This document shows positions 49,238 through 57,591 of a stretch of DNA of 64,000 nucleotides, piece after piece. Both the position numbers and the translations under genes were made by a program. The DNA is from an uncultured virus (IMG/VR IMGVR_UViG_3300036766_002285). Lineage: Duplodnaviria; Heunggongvirae; Uroviricota; Caudoviricetes. Positions within the stretch are counted from its first letter, which is position 1, and the number at the start of each line of letters is the position of its first letter. The notes below the pieces were generated by a model, which saw only the letters and a list, made by a program, of their open reading frames with translations, searched no databases and was not told the origin of the DNA. The stretch lies in the IMG/VR virus record IMGVR_UViG_3300036766_002285. One strand, given 5' to 3'.

Positions 49238-49429
49238 TTAAAGTACTTCCCAGACATCTTCTCCTGGAATTAGTCCTAACTGGGATCCGCTATCCCATTT
49301 AATATGCACGGTACCGACTGCGTCAATAAGTTCTACAATGCCCTCATCTCCTGGTTTTAGATCAGTATATTCATCGGTAGTGCGCACCAATCTTACACGC
49401 TTTCCTAGCAGGTCTGTATTATTTGCCAT
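49238..49429 (-). CDS. DUF4314-like small protein
   Basis: GKRVRL...LKPGDEG.V..ID..GTVHIKWDSGS.LGLIPGED. Confidence 0.8.
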   Translation of the reverse strand: MANNTDLLGKRVRLVRTTDEYTDLKPGDEGIVELIDAVGTVHIKWDSGSQLGLIPGEDVWEVL

Positions 49430-49537
49430 AAATTTCTCCTTGTATTAGTAGTTTTGTTTAGGGTTTAGCTGTACTATACTATTGGTGCTAGTAATAAAAC
49501 ATAAAATTTATATATTTATTTTATTATATAGTGCCCT

Positions 49538-50068
49538 TTAGGGCGCATCATATTTTGGAGTCGGCATGACCGAGCCGTCTGGCATAACTGTATCGTAACA
49601 GCGTGCGCCAGATATGTTTGTTTTATTAAGATTTGCTTTTAAAAACGATGCATGCTCGACATCTATATTTCTAAGATCAGCAAACTCTAGATTTGCACCC
49701 TCAAAATCAGCAAATGGAGCATATGAACCTGTAAGGGTGGCTCTGGTTAAATTAGCTCCACGAAAACAAGCGCTGCTAAGAGTTGTTCCTTGCAATATAG
49801 CGTCAGTGAGATCGCAGTTGGAAAGATCTGCTGCATGCAAGTCAGCATAAGTGAGGTCAGCGCCCCGAAGGTTAGCTCCACGCAGACCGGCACCGCTCAG
49901 GTATGCTCCATTTAAATTAGCGCCAGACAGATCAGCACCATCGAGATCAAGGCCGCACGTAATACTATTGTCTTCAATATTGTCTCGCCAAATAATATCT
50001 TCACCCCACTGTAAAATAGCGAGTTCACCGTCGCAAGTGACATATTCAATCTTAGGCCATTGCCTCAT
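49538..50068 (-). CDS. Pentapeptide-repeat protein, second N-cap type
   Basis: EYVTCDG..LQWGE cap, Rfr repeats, tail TVMPDGSV. Confidence 0.9.
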   Translation of the reverse strand: MRQWPKIEYVTCDGELAILQWGEDIIWRDNIEDNSITCGLDLDGADLSGANLNGAYLSGAGLRGANLRGADLTYADLHAADLSNCDLTDAILQGTTLSSACFRGANLTRATLTGSYAPFADFEGANLEFADLRNIDVEHASFLKANLNKTNISGARCYDTVMPDGSVMPTPKYDAP

Positions 50069-50112
50069 CAGTTAGCTCCTTATATTTGTTCTAAACTTAT
50101 TATATTATTTAA

Positions 50113-52575
50113 TTAGCCGACACTGCCTTCCATCTGCAGCTCTATTAACCGGCTCCACTCTACTGCGTATTCCATAGGTAGGGTACGAACAATAGGTTCT
50201 ATAAAACCATTTACGATCATCCCCATTGCTTGATCTTGAGATAGGCCGCGACTCATTAAATAAAATAGTTGTTCGTCTCCGATTTTTGATACTGTGGCTT
50301 CATGTCCTATTTGAGCATCACTTTCACCTACTTCCATATATGGTAAAGTATTGCTTTTAGACTCTTCATCTAATATTAGTGCGTCACACTGTACAAAACT
50401 TTTACAATTGGTTGCACCGGGTTCTACTCGTACCAACCCCCGGTAAGTGGTAGCGCCTCCGTTTTTAGAAATAGATTTAGATAGAATTTTTGAAGAAGTC
50501 TCTGGGGCAACATGAACCATTTTTGCACCTGCATCTTGATGTTGTCCGGCTCCCGCATAAGCAACTGAAAGTACCTCGCCTGTGGCTTTTGGTCCCATAA
50601 GATAAATGCTGGGGTACTTCATAGTTAACTTCGATCCTATGTTCCCGTCAATCCATTCCATGTGGCCGGCTTCTTCTACTCTGGCTCGTTTAGTTACTAA
50701 ATTATACACGTTAGGTGACCAATTTTGTATGGTCGTATAGGTTACTCTAGCGTGGGGTTTTACGATAATTTCTACGACAGCTGAATGCAGTGAATCATTA
50801 GTATATACTGGAGCTGAGCAGTTATGTACGACGATCCCATTAGCCACATAGCTCTCGCTCGGTTCGCAGTGAAGGTTGTAGACGACGCCGTCGTGCTCTT
50901 CTTTGGTCACGCGCTTAATGGGGAGCAAGAACCAGCGGCCGTTGCGCCGCACCTCGCTTTGTCTCGGGCTTGCAGTCCATTGGACTTGATACATCGCGTG
51001 CCTCTGTACGTTGCGGCCCATAATCACCGCCGGCCCTGCCTCACGTACCTTGCTAACTGATGCGAACTGACCCATGCGAGCCATGATCGCCTGTAGTTGG
51101 ATAGCCCACTCTCTGGATGTGGTATGGCACCTCACCCACTCCCTTAGTTCACGACGGCGAGAGCGGTTCCCATCACCGTTCACATAGGCGTCAACGAGCG
51201 CAGCAAGAGCAGGCTCGTCCTGATTGAAGAACAACGGCGAGAGCTTCTTGGTCCAGGACCTGCAACCAATGTTCTCACGCATGGCTTCGTATCCTGCGTT
51301 GGTGTACACCGTCACGCACAGTGCGTTCCTGGACGGCTGCAGCGTCACTGAACCGCGCTTGTCCCACAAGCGTTCGCAAAGGTCCTGCACCTCCGTCGCG
51401 TACTCAACCTCCTTGATGTGGAACGAAAATGTGAGAGCTTTGCATCCGTTTATGAGCTGGGCTGACCCTTCGGCCAGGTACCAGCCAGCCAGCCGCATCA
51501 GGTCATCGCTCAACGTTGACACCAGTTCGATGACCGGAGCGTTGTAGACGATGAAGTCCCCCTCCTCGAGCTCCCCGGCCGGTACGAACTGTGGTTGAGC
51601 GACCTCTAGCTTTGCCGTGGACACCTCCGGTTTCCAGCCGTTGCGCGGTTTGCGTCCGCTGCACACATCACGCCGGCGCACCGCTAACACCGGGTGCTCT
51701 GTGGTAGCGGTGATGCTGTTGAGTGATGAACCCGGCTGGAGCGTCACGATCTCGCCGCTGTAGTCACGGCGAGAGACGGCGACAACGCGCGACTTTCCGC
51801 CATGCTCATTGGCAACAAAGTCGCCTGGCAGCAGTGATTCCACCGTCTGCTGGACGCCGCCGCCTACGTCGATATGTGCACCTTTGAGCAGGCAGCCTTC
51901 AATATAATGTACTTTGGATCCAGACTCTGCTATTATTAAAGTGCGCTCAAATTGTCCGGCATTGTCTGAATTAATTCTAAAATATGCTTGCAGCGGGAGA
52001 GCACACTCTACTCCTTCTGGAATATATACAAAAGATCCTCCAGACCAAGCAGCAGTATTTAGAGCAGCAAACTTGTTATCACCAGCTGGGATCACCGTAC
52101 CAAAATACTTTTTTACAAGATCTGGATATTCTTGCAAAGCTGTGTCCATATCACAAAATAAAATACCTTGCTTTTCTAAATCTTCACGGTTTCTGTGATA
52201 TACTACTTCTGAGTCGTATTGACTAGTTACCCCAGACAAATACAAACGTTCGGCTTGCGGGATGCCGAGTTTTTCGTAAGTATTTTTTATTTGTTCTGGT
52301 ACTTTATTCCAGTCGTCTGTCAATGTCCCCGATGGCTTTAGATAGTAGTAAATATCTTGAAAATCAATATCAGGCATGTTTTTAGCAAACCAAGGCGCCA
52401 TGGGTTTGCCTTCAAATATTTTTAGAGACTTGAGCCTATTTTGTTTCATCCAGTCGGGCTCGCCTTTCCACCATGATATTTCTTCTATAACTTTAGCGTC
52501 CAGGCCTTTGCGTGGAGTAAATGCGTAATCTGCTTTGTCGTGCCAACCTAGCTGATAGCGATCCAAATCTAGCAT
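50113..52575 (-). CDS. sufB: Fe-S cluster assembly protein SufB with intein
   Basis: KLGIP, FAALN, WSGGSF, LQAYFRIN, GQFERTL, LHSAVVE, NLVTKR, GHEATVSKI, LPMEYA, MEGSVG; start placed at 52575 after the sufA stop. Confidence 0.95.
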   Translation of the reverse strand: MLDLDRYQLGWHDKADYAFTPRKGLDAKVIEEISWWKGEPDWMKQNRLKSLKIFEGKPMAPWFAKNMPDIDFQDIYYYLKPSGTLTDDWNKVPEQIKNTYEKLGIPQAERLYLSGVTSQYDSEVVYHRNREDLEKQGILFCDMDTALQEYPDLVKKYFGTVIPAGDNKFAALNTAAWSGGSFVYIPEGVECALPLQAYFRINSDNAGQFERTLIIAESGSKVHYIEGCLLKGAHIDVGGGVQQTVESLLPGDFVANEHGGKSRVVAVSRRDYSGEIVTLQPGSSLNSITATTEHPVLAVRRRDVCSGRKPRNGWKPEVSTAKLEVAQPQFVPAGELEEGDFIVYNAPVIELVSTLSDDLMRLAGWYLAEGSAQLINGCKALTFSFHIKEVEYATEVQDLCERLWDKRGSVTLQPSRNALCVTVYTNAGYEAMRENIGCRSWTKKLSPLFFNQDEPALAALVDAYVNGDGNRSRRRELREWVRCHTTSREWAIQLQAIMARMGQFASVSKVREAGPAVIMGRNVQRHAMYQVQWTASPRQSEVRRNGRWFLLPIKRVTKEEHDGVVYNLHCEPSESYVANGIVVHNCSAPVYTNDSLHSAVVEIIVKPHARVTYTTIQNWSPNVYNLVTKRARVEEAGHMEWIDGNIGSKLTMKYPSIYLMGPKATGEVLSVAYAGAGQHQDAGAKMVHVAPETSSKILSKSISKNGGATTYRGLVRVEPGATNCKSFVQCDALILDEESKSNTLPYMEVGESDAQIGHEATVSKIGDEQLFYLMSRGLSQDQAMGMIVNGFIEPIVRTLPMEYAVEWSRLIELQMEGSVG
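50821..51894 (-). mobile_element. LAGLIDADG homing-endonuclease intein (358 aa) in SufB
   Basis: IEG|CLLKG ... VVHN|CSAP; block B TTEHPV; LAGLIDADG-like LAGWYLAEG and VDAYVNGDG; visibly higher GC than the exteins. Confidence 0.93.
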
Positions 52576-52580
52576 GGTTT

Positions 52581-52907
52581 TCAGCTGAAAGACTGACCGC
52601 ATCCGCAGGTACGACTTGCTCCAGGATTTGTTATTTTAAAACCGGCGTCCATGAGACCATCGTTATAATCAAGAGTAGCTTGTTCCAATAAAACAGCGCT
52701 TTGGTTATCTACTATAACATTAACACCGTGTTGATTAGTTATCGTACAGGGTTCTTCTTGATGATCTAAAGTATCAAAATACATTTCGTACGAATACCCA
52801 GAACAACCGCCAGGCCTAACTGCTACTCGGAGTGCCATATTAGGAGTACCGTCGGTTGCGAGAAGTGCTGAAATTTTAGTAGCTGCGGTTTCGGTGATAG
52901 TTATCAT
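52581..52907 (-). CDS. A-type Fe-S carrier (HesB/IscA/SufA/ErpA family)
   Basis: ITITETA, GGCSG, CGCGQSF. Confidence 0.93.
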   Translation of the reverse strand: MITITETAATKISALLATDGTPNMALRVAVRPGGCSGYSYEMYFDTLDHQEEPCTITNQHGVNVIVDNQSAVLLEQATLDYNDGLMDAGFKITNPGASRTCGCGQSFS

Positions 52908-52970
52908 ATACTATATTGTGCACATATGTGGAGGTTTTGCCATTAGCTGGCCAGTGTTTAAATATGGTTT

Positions 52971-53174
52971 CTATCTGACTTCCACTCTGGTTACTAGTCC
53001 GTTTTCGATGTCCACAGTTACCCGGTCAGATCTCTCGTCTTTTGTGAGGTTAAAGCGAGTGTTATTATGACTTGCTATTCTAAATCCCCAGCCGTGCTCG
53101 GTTGCATAATTGTGGGCAGCATTGACAGTCATCCCCATAATTTTGTTTGCGTCTATGTCTGCGATAATAAACAC
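52971..53174 (-). CDS. Putative peptidase inhibitor (I78/potato-inhibitor-I-like)
   Basis: IMGMT...FRI...TKDERSDRVTVDIENGLV. Confidence 0.6.
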   Translation of the reverse strand: MFIIADIDANKIMGMTVNAAHNYATEHGWGFRIASHNNTRFNLTKDERSDRVTVDIENGLVTRVEVR

Positions 53175-53271
53175 TTGGTCTCCTTTTTGAATAGTAATAT
53201 TTGAACGATTGTTTTAGCTTATTGCGTACTGTTAGGGCGTGCATTTGATATGCACGACTTTTGTCTAGTAT

Positions 53272-53475
53272 TTATCCTATGTCGGCTGTGATGACGTGAC
53301 CATCTATGAGTTTGACATTAATACGATCGTGGCGCATATCTCTAGTGCCTACCCCATAATGACCGTCTCTTTTAGTGACTCGTAATTCCCAGCCAGACTG
53401 TGTACAGTAGTTTAGAGCTTCTGTCTCGGTCATGCCTATAAGTATATCAAGTTCTTCTTGTTTAACTTGTGTCAT
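53272..53475 (-). CDS. Putative peptidase inhibitor (I78-like), tandem paralog
   Basis: LIGMT...LRV...TRDMRHDRINVKLIDGHV. Confidence 0.65.
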   Translation of the reverse strand: MTQVKQEELDILIGMTETEALNYCTQSGWELRVTKRDGHYGVGTRDMRHDRINVKLIDGHVITADIG

Positions 53476-53697
53476 ATTCTAGCCCCTTTGGTAAGTTAGA
53501 TACTATTGGCGCTATTTGGATAAATTTGATCCAGGAGTGCCTTCAGGTACGGCGTGGATATAAGTTCTGTTATTAGTAAACTACTATCGGAGTCGAAATA
53601 TCCTTAAAACTCTAAGGGGTATGCCTGGTTGAATAATTTTCTGTTTAGTTTGATCGTTAGTTATGTTAAAATTGAAGTTTGGGGCACTATTATATAC

Positions 53698-54384
53698 ATG
53701 GAAACTTTTGAAACAAACGTAGTGCGCCCAGGACATATTTTACTAGAAGGCGTGACTGGATCTGTGGCGTATGGTCTAAATGATGCAAACTCTGATATAG
53801 ACATGCTCGGGGTATTTGTTACTCCGACCTTAGACCTTTTCAAATTAGCGAAAACACCCCAAAGCGTGGTTAGTACTAATCCCGACTTTACTTATCATGA
53901 AGCAGAGAAATTTGTACGCCTTGTGCTAAAAGCTAACCCGCCGGCTAGTGAATTGTTGTGGTTAGAAAAAGATTCATATACACAAATAACTGAACTAGGA
54001 CAGGAACTTCTAGATATTCGGAGTGCTTTTTTATCAGCAGATAAAGTTAAAAACTCTTATATGCACTATGCCGCTTCGCACCTAAAGCTTCTATCTAAAC
54101 CAAACCCTACTAAAACTATAAAAAATGCTCTACATATGGCGCGCACTTTACGGCAAGGACGCGAGCTATACCGCACAGGTAAACTGTCAGTATTAGAAGC
54201 TGGAAATGCTACATGGCTTTTAGAGTTTTCTAATAGCACTCTTGTTACACAGACTAGTTGGCTAGAAGAGCAACTTAGAGCATTTGAGTGTGATACGACA
54301 GTGTTGCCACAAGCGCCTGATCTGCTGCGAGTTGAAGCCTGGCTGTGTGGGGTTCGCTTAGAATACTTGCAAATAAATTTATAA
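53698..54384 (+). CDS. Pol-beta superfamily nucleotidyltransferase (RlaP/YcgL-like)
   Basis: GSVAYGL...SDID.LGVF, HEAEKF...KANP...ELLW; probable leaderless ATG. Confidence 0.85.
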   Translation: METFETNVVRPGHILLEGVTGSVAYGLNDANSDIDMLGVFVTPTLDLFKLAKTPQSVVSTNPDFTYHEAEKFVRLVLKANPPASELLWLEKDSYTQITELGQELLDIRSAFLSADKVKNSYMHYAASHLKLLSKPNPTKTIKNALHMARTLRQGRELYRTGKLSVLEAGNATWLLEFSNSTLVTQTSWLEEQLRAFECDTTVLPQAPDLLRVEAWLCGVRLEYLQINL

Positions 54385-54418
54385 ATTTAAGTATACGTTT
54401 AAGACGGGGTTTAGATTG

Positions 54419-54721
54419 TTAGCCGGCGATATATTTTTTGGTAATTGCCCATGTGATATAGTGTATTGTTTGACCTTCTGCTTTTGCTATCCAGTAAATA
54501 GCGTCGGCTGCTAGCATATCAAAATCGCTAAGGCGTTGCATTGGTACGAATACGTGTTGGCCGCTAATGGTATCTCTATAACCTTCGCGGAGATCATTTT
54601 TACGCTCAAGAACCCAACGAGGGTTGGCTTGTAGATATGTAGGAATGGTAGTGACATCCATAGTGGCTACAATATCAGATAAACTAAGACCTTTTATATA
54701 TACTTCCTGTGATTCGTTCAT
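54419..54721 (-). CDS. Hypothetical protein
   Basis: ORF; start uncertain. Confidence 0.55.
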   Translation of the reverse strand: MNESQEVYIKGLSLSDIVATMDVTTIPTYLQANPRWVLERKNDLREGYRDTISGQHVFVPMQRLSDFDMLAADAIYWIAKAEGQTIHYITWAITKKYIAG

Positions 54722-54803
54722 TGTGTAGTCTTCTTTGTGCAAGTTGATATCTTATTATCATACTATATGCGCGAGCGTGACTGTATCAAATAGATATCTA
54801 GTT

Positions 54804-55235
54804 TTAGATGTCTGGTGCGGGTTTTCTGACCATATCATCAGCCAGCGGGGGCATCATTTCTAAAGAACCACTAAATATGCTATCGTCAGGCATCATTGTT
54901 TTTTTAAATATGGCTCCGTTTGTATTAACTTTTTTTGTAAGTGCACACTCAAAAGTTACCCCGGTTAGATTTGTATTAGCCAAATTAGCATAAGAAAGAT
55001 CCGTCCAGCTAAAATCTGCGTAACTTAAATCAGAGCCCGCGAAGTTAACACCTCTGAGATCTGCATAATAAAAATATGTGCCTTTAAGGCAAGCACCATG
55101 AAAATCAGCATGTTTTAAGCAAGCTCCGCCTAAATCTATACCTGCCCACGATTCTCCATATATCAAAACTAGTGAGTTACCGTCTCTATCAATAAAATGA
55201 ATGTTTTGCGAGTTTATTTCACCGGTATCACTCAT
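54804..55235 (-). CDS. Pentapeptide-repeat protein, second N-cap type
   Basis: HFIDRDG..LIYGESW cap; start inside the upstream tail after GGGAG. Confidence 0.88.
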   Translation of the reverse strand: MSDTGEINSQNIHFIDRDGNSLVLIYGESWAGIDLGGACLKHADFHGACLKGTYFYYADLRGVNFAGSDLSYADFSWTDLSYANLANTNLTGVTFECALTKKVNTNGAIFKKTMMPDDSIFSGSLEMMPPLADDMVRKPAPDI

Positions 55236-55446
55236 GAATACTCCCATCTGGCATGGTAGCGCCACTAAAGTTTGTTCCATGACATTGAGTCTCATTAATA
55301 TTTGCTAGATACAGATTAGCACCCGATAAATCTGCTCCTTGCAAATTAGCGCCTTTTAGATCAATATTCTCCCAATCTTCGCCCCATTTTAGAACAGCTT
55401 TTTTACCGTCACGAGTTGTGAATTTAACATCATTACGCTCAATCAT
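55228..55446 (-). CDS. Minimal pentapeptide-repeat protein (72 aa), second N-cap type
   Basis: KFTTRDG..LKWGEDW cap, ~7 repeats, full tail ATMPDGSIHE, SD AGGAG. Confidence 0.85.
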   Translation of the reverse strand: MIERNDVKFTTRDGKKAVLKWGEDWENIDLKGANLQGADLSGANLYLANINETQCHGTNFSGATMPDGSIHE

Positions 55447-55477
55447 GGATAATCTCCTCTAATATTTTTATTTGCAT

Positions 55478-56146
55478 TTATTCGTGTATTGTGCCATCGG
55501 GCATTGTGGCACCTCTAAGATCTGCGTCATTGAAAATACAACCCGTAATAATAGCAGAAGTTAGATTAGCTTGTCGCAAGTCAGCTCCACTAAAATCCGC
55601 TTTAGTTAAATTAGCCCCAGACAGTTGTATTCCTCTAAGAAAACTGTTTGTAAGATTTGCATTAGTTAGATTTGCTTCCTGCAGCACAGCTGCAAATTTA
55701 TCCAATCCCTCAAGGTTAGCACCTTGAAGATTCGCACCACTTAAGTCCGCGCCTACCCCACTTACTCTTGTCATATTAGTGTAACTTAAATTACAGCCTG
55801 CCATTTTAGTTTCTTTCAAGGTTGCCCCGGCCAAAGTTGCTCTGCAACATGTAACTTTTTGAAGTTTTGCATAACTTAGATCTGCACAAGTGAGATCTGC
55901 TTCAGTCAAATTAGCACCTTCAAATTCAGTTCCATATAAAGAAGCATAACTTAAATCAGTTTTTGTTAAATTGGTAAATCGTAGATTTGCCCAACTGGCA
56001 CTAACTTCACGTAAAACAGTTTTAGACAAATCTAAGTTACTCAGGTCGGTTGGGGCTAGATTTAGTTTTGATTGAAGTTTTACTAAAACTTCGTCGCGAG
56101 TAAGTTTGATTACGATTTCTTTAGCGACCGGCGGTTGTTTGCTCAT
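55478..56146 (-). CDS. Pentapeptide-repeat protein
   Basis: Rfr repeats, tail ATMPDGTIHE, SD AGGAG. Confidence 0.9.
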   Translation of the reverse strand: MSKQPPVAKEIVIKLTRDEVLVKLQSKLNLAPTDLSNLDLSKTVLREVSASWANLRFTNLTKTDLSYASLYGTEFEGANLTEADLTCADLSYAKLQKVTCCRATLAGATLKETKMAGCNLSYTNMTRVSGVGADLSGANLQGANLEGLDKFAAVLQEANLTNANLTNSFLRGIQLSGANLTKADFSGADLRQANLTSAIITGCIFNDADLRGATMPDGTIHE

Positions 56147-56288
56147 CAGTGATCTCCTATGTTTTTAATAAGTTTTTATAGTCACAGTATACTGTACGCG
56201 CTAGCCTTGAAAAACAAGCCTTTAGAACAGCGTTTTGAACACGAGTCCACTTGTTTATAATATTCAAGCTATAAAAACAGCACTTCTA

Positions 56289-56777
56289 TTATAGTAGATT
56301 AGTGAAATAATGCAAAATACCTAAACTAGCTGCGATGAGCACAATCCCAGAAATTAAAAAAATTCGCGTTTTAGCGCTCAAAGATAGTCTGGGAGAACTA
56401 GGTATATAGGAAGTTTCAAGATCATCTACAACTATGACTGTTGAACCCGCATTTTGATTACTAATAGAAACACTGAGAATGCTTGTTCTTGGTGTAGTAT
56501 AATATTCTCCAACATTACCATTAGTAGTATGAAAAGGCGGCTCTGCTATAATTAGTTCGTCCTGGTACGTCCGATATCTCCATTCCCCCGATTCCGGATT
56601 TATAGACCATTCCAGCCCATTGTCGTCAAAAGCCTTCAGCGCCCATATATTTCGCTGAGCTTGGGTAGCCGTTATATAGCTAAAACTATAGTCTCGTAAA
56701 ATATTATCGTACGCAAGTGCTACCCGCACCAAATCTGGATGTAAAATCTTGTTTGTGATAAGTGCTTTTGAGCGCAT
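56289..56777 (-). CDS. Membrane protein; N-domain paralogous to 13242 ORF
   Basis: LHPDL...AFDDNGLEWSI, C-terminal TM; start placed 7 nt after TACAAT. Confidence 0.65.
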   Translation of the reverse strand: MRSKALITNKILHPDLVRVALAYDNILRDYSFSYITATQAQRNIWALKAFDDNGLEWSINPESGEWRYRTYQDELIIAEPPFHTTNGNVGEYYTTPRTSILSVSISNQNAGSTVIVVDDLETSYIPSSPRLSLSAKTRIFLISGIVLIAASLGILHYFTNLL

Positions 56778-56910
56778 ATTTATCATTGTACACAACTGTT
56801 AGAAATATGCACGAATTCAAAAGATTTTGTTTGAAAAGTGTGAAAACATCTACTATTAATGACATAGCACAGACCCGTGCATAGTATGTAACCAGGTGAC
56901 TATATCATGC

Positions 56911-57459
56911 ATGTCACGAAAATCTTACAGACTTGTATCTGCAATATTCCTCATGGGAGTCATCAGTCTAAGCAGCATAACTCAAGTTAAGGCAAATTCA
57001 ACCCAAGATAGCTATATACAACAAGCTCTTAAAAACGTGAAAAAATACACAATAGGATCTCCTGCTAATATACAGAACTTGACCAATGAACTACGCCAAA
57101 ACCCTCAGAAGTTAGCATCCTTAGCAAAGACCGGCCGATACGTATGTACAATGTTGGCTAAACCTTACGGTGGAAAACTTTATTATAATTGGCTTGTAGA
57201 AAGCGTTAACATATCTTCAGGAATATTGGATGATGCTCCGGACAATGAAGCAGAATACGATAGAGCTACCACCGGTTTGTTCATGGAGATGTTAGCCGCG
57301 CGCACTGCCCCATCCAACAAGGGCTTTTGCCCTAAATATAGCACTATTGCTGCTGAGGAAGGCAGACGGTTTTTTACAGGATTTATGGCAGCAATCTTAT
57401 CAGGCAGTGTCAATGCGAACCTCAAAGGTTTTAAGAACTTTCCCTTTTGGGGTAAGTAA
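56911..57459 (+). CDS. Secreted protein, weakly DUF732-like
   Basis: Signal peptide ending VKA; DSYIQ...GRYVCTML. Confidence 0.55.
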   Translation: MSRKSYRLVSAIFLMGVISLSSITQVKANSTQDSYIQQALKNVKKYTIGSPANIQNLTNELRQNPQKLASLAKTGRYVCTMLAKPYGGKLYYNWLVESVNISSGILDDAPDNEAEYDRATTGLFMEMLAARTAPSNKGFCPKYSTIAAEEGRRFFTGFMAAILSGSVNANLKGFKNFPFWGK

Positions 57460-57591
57460 TTGCTAGAAGTTTTAGCATATTTTTAAATAGTTTTCATATC
57501 GTATAAGGCGAGAAGTAACTGAACCTCACAATTTTGGTGTGACTTTCGTCTCGCGAGTGCTATAGCTCTAGAAGCCAGCACACTATAAGAT

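Noticed and set aside
4735..55727. Many antisense ORFs such as 17512..18060, 27285..27725, 29291..29815, 23029..23643
   Set aside because: Shadows of repeat-protein or enzyme genes on the opposite strand (KSAP/KLA periodicity), with no independent signals
7851..56146. Calling the PRPs qnr or mfpA resistance genes
   Set aside because: Only the repeat fold is shared; I see no specific similarity to Qnr/MfpA termini and could not run a search
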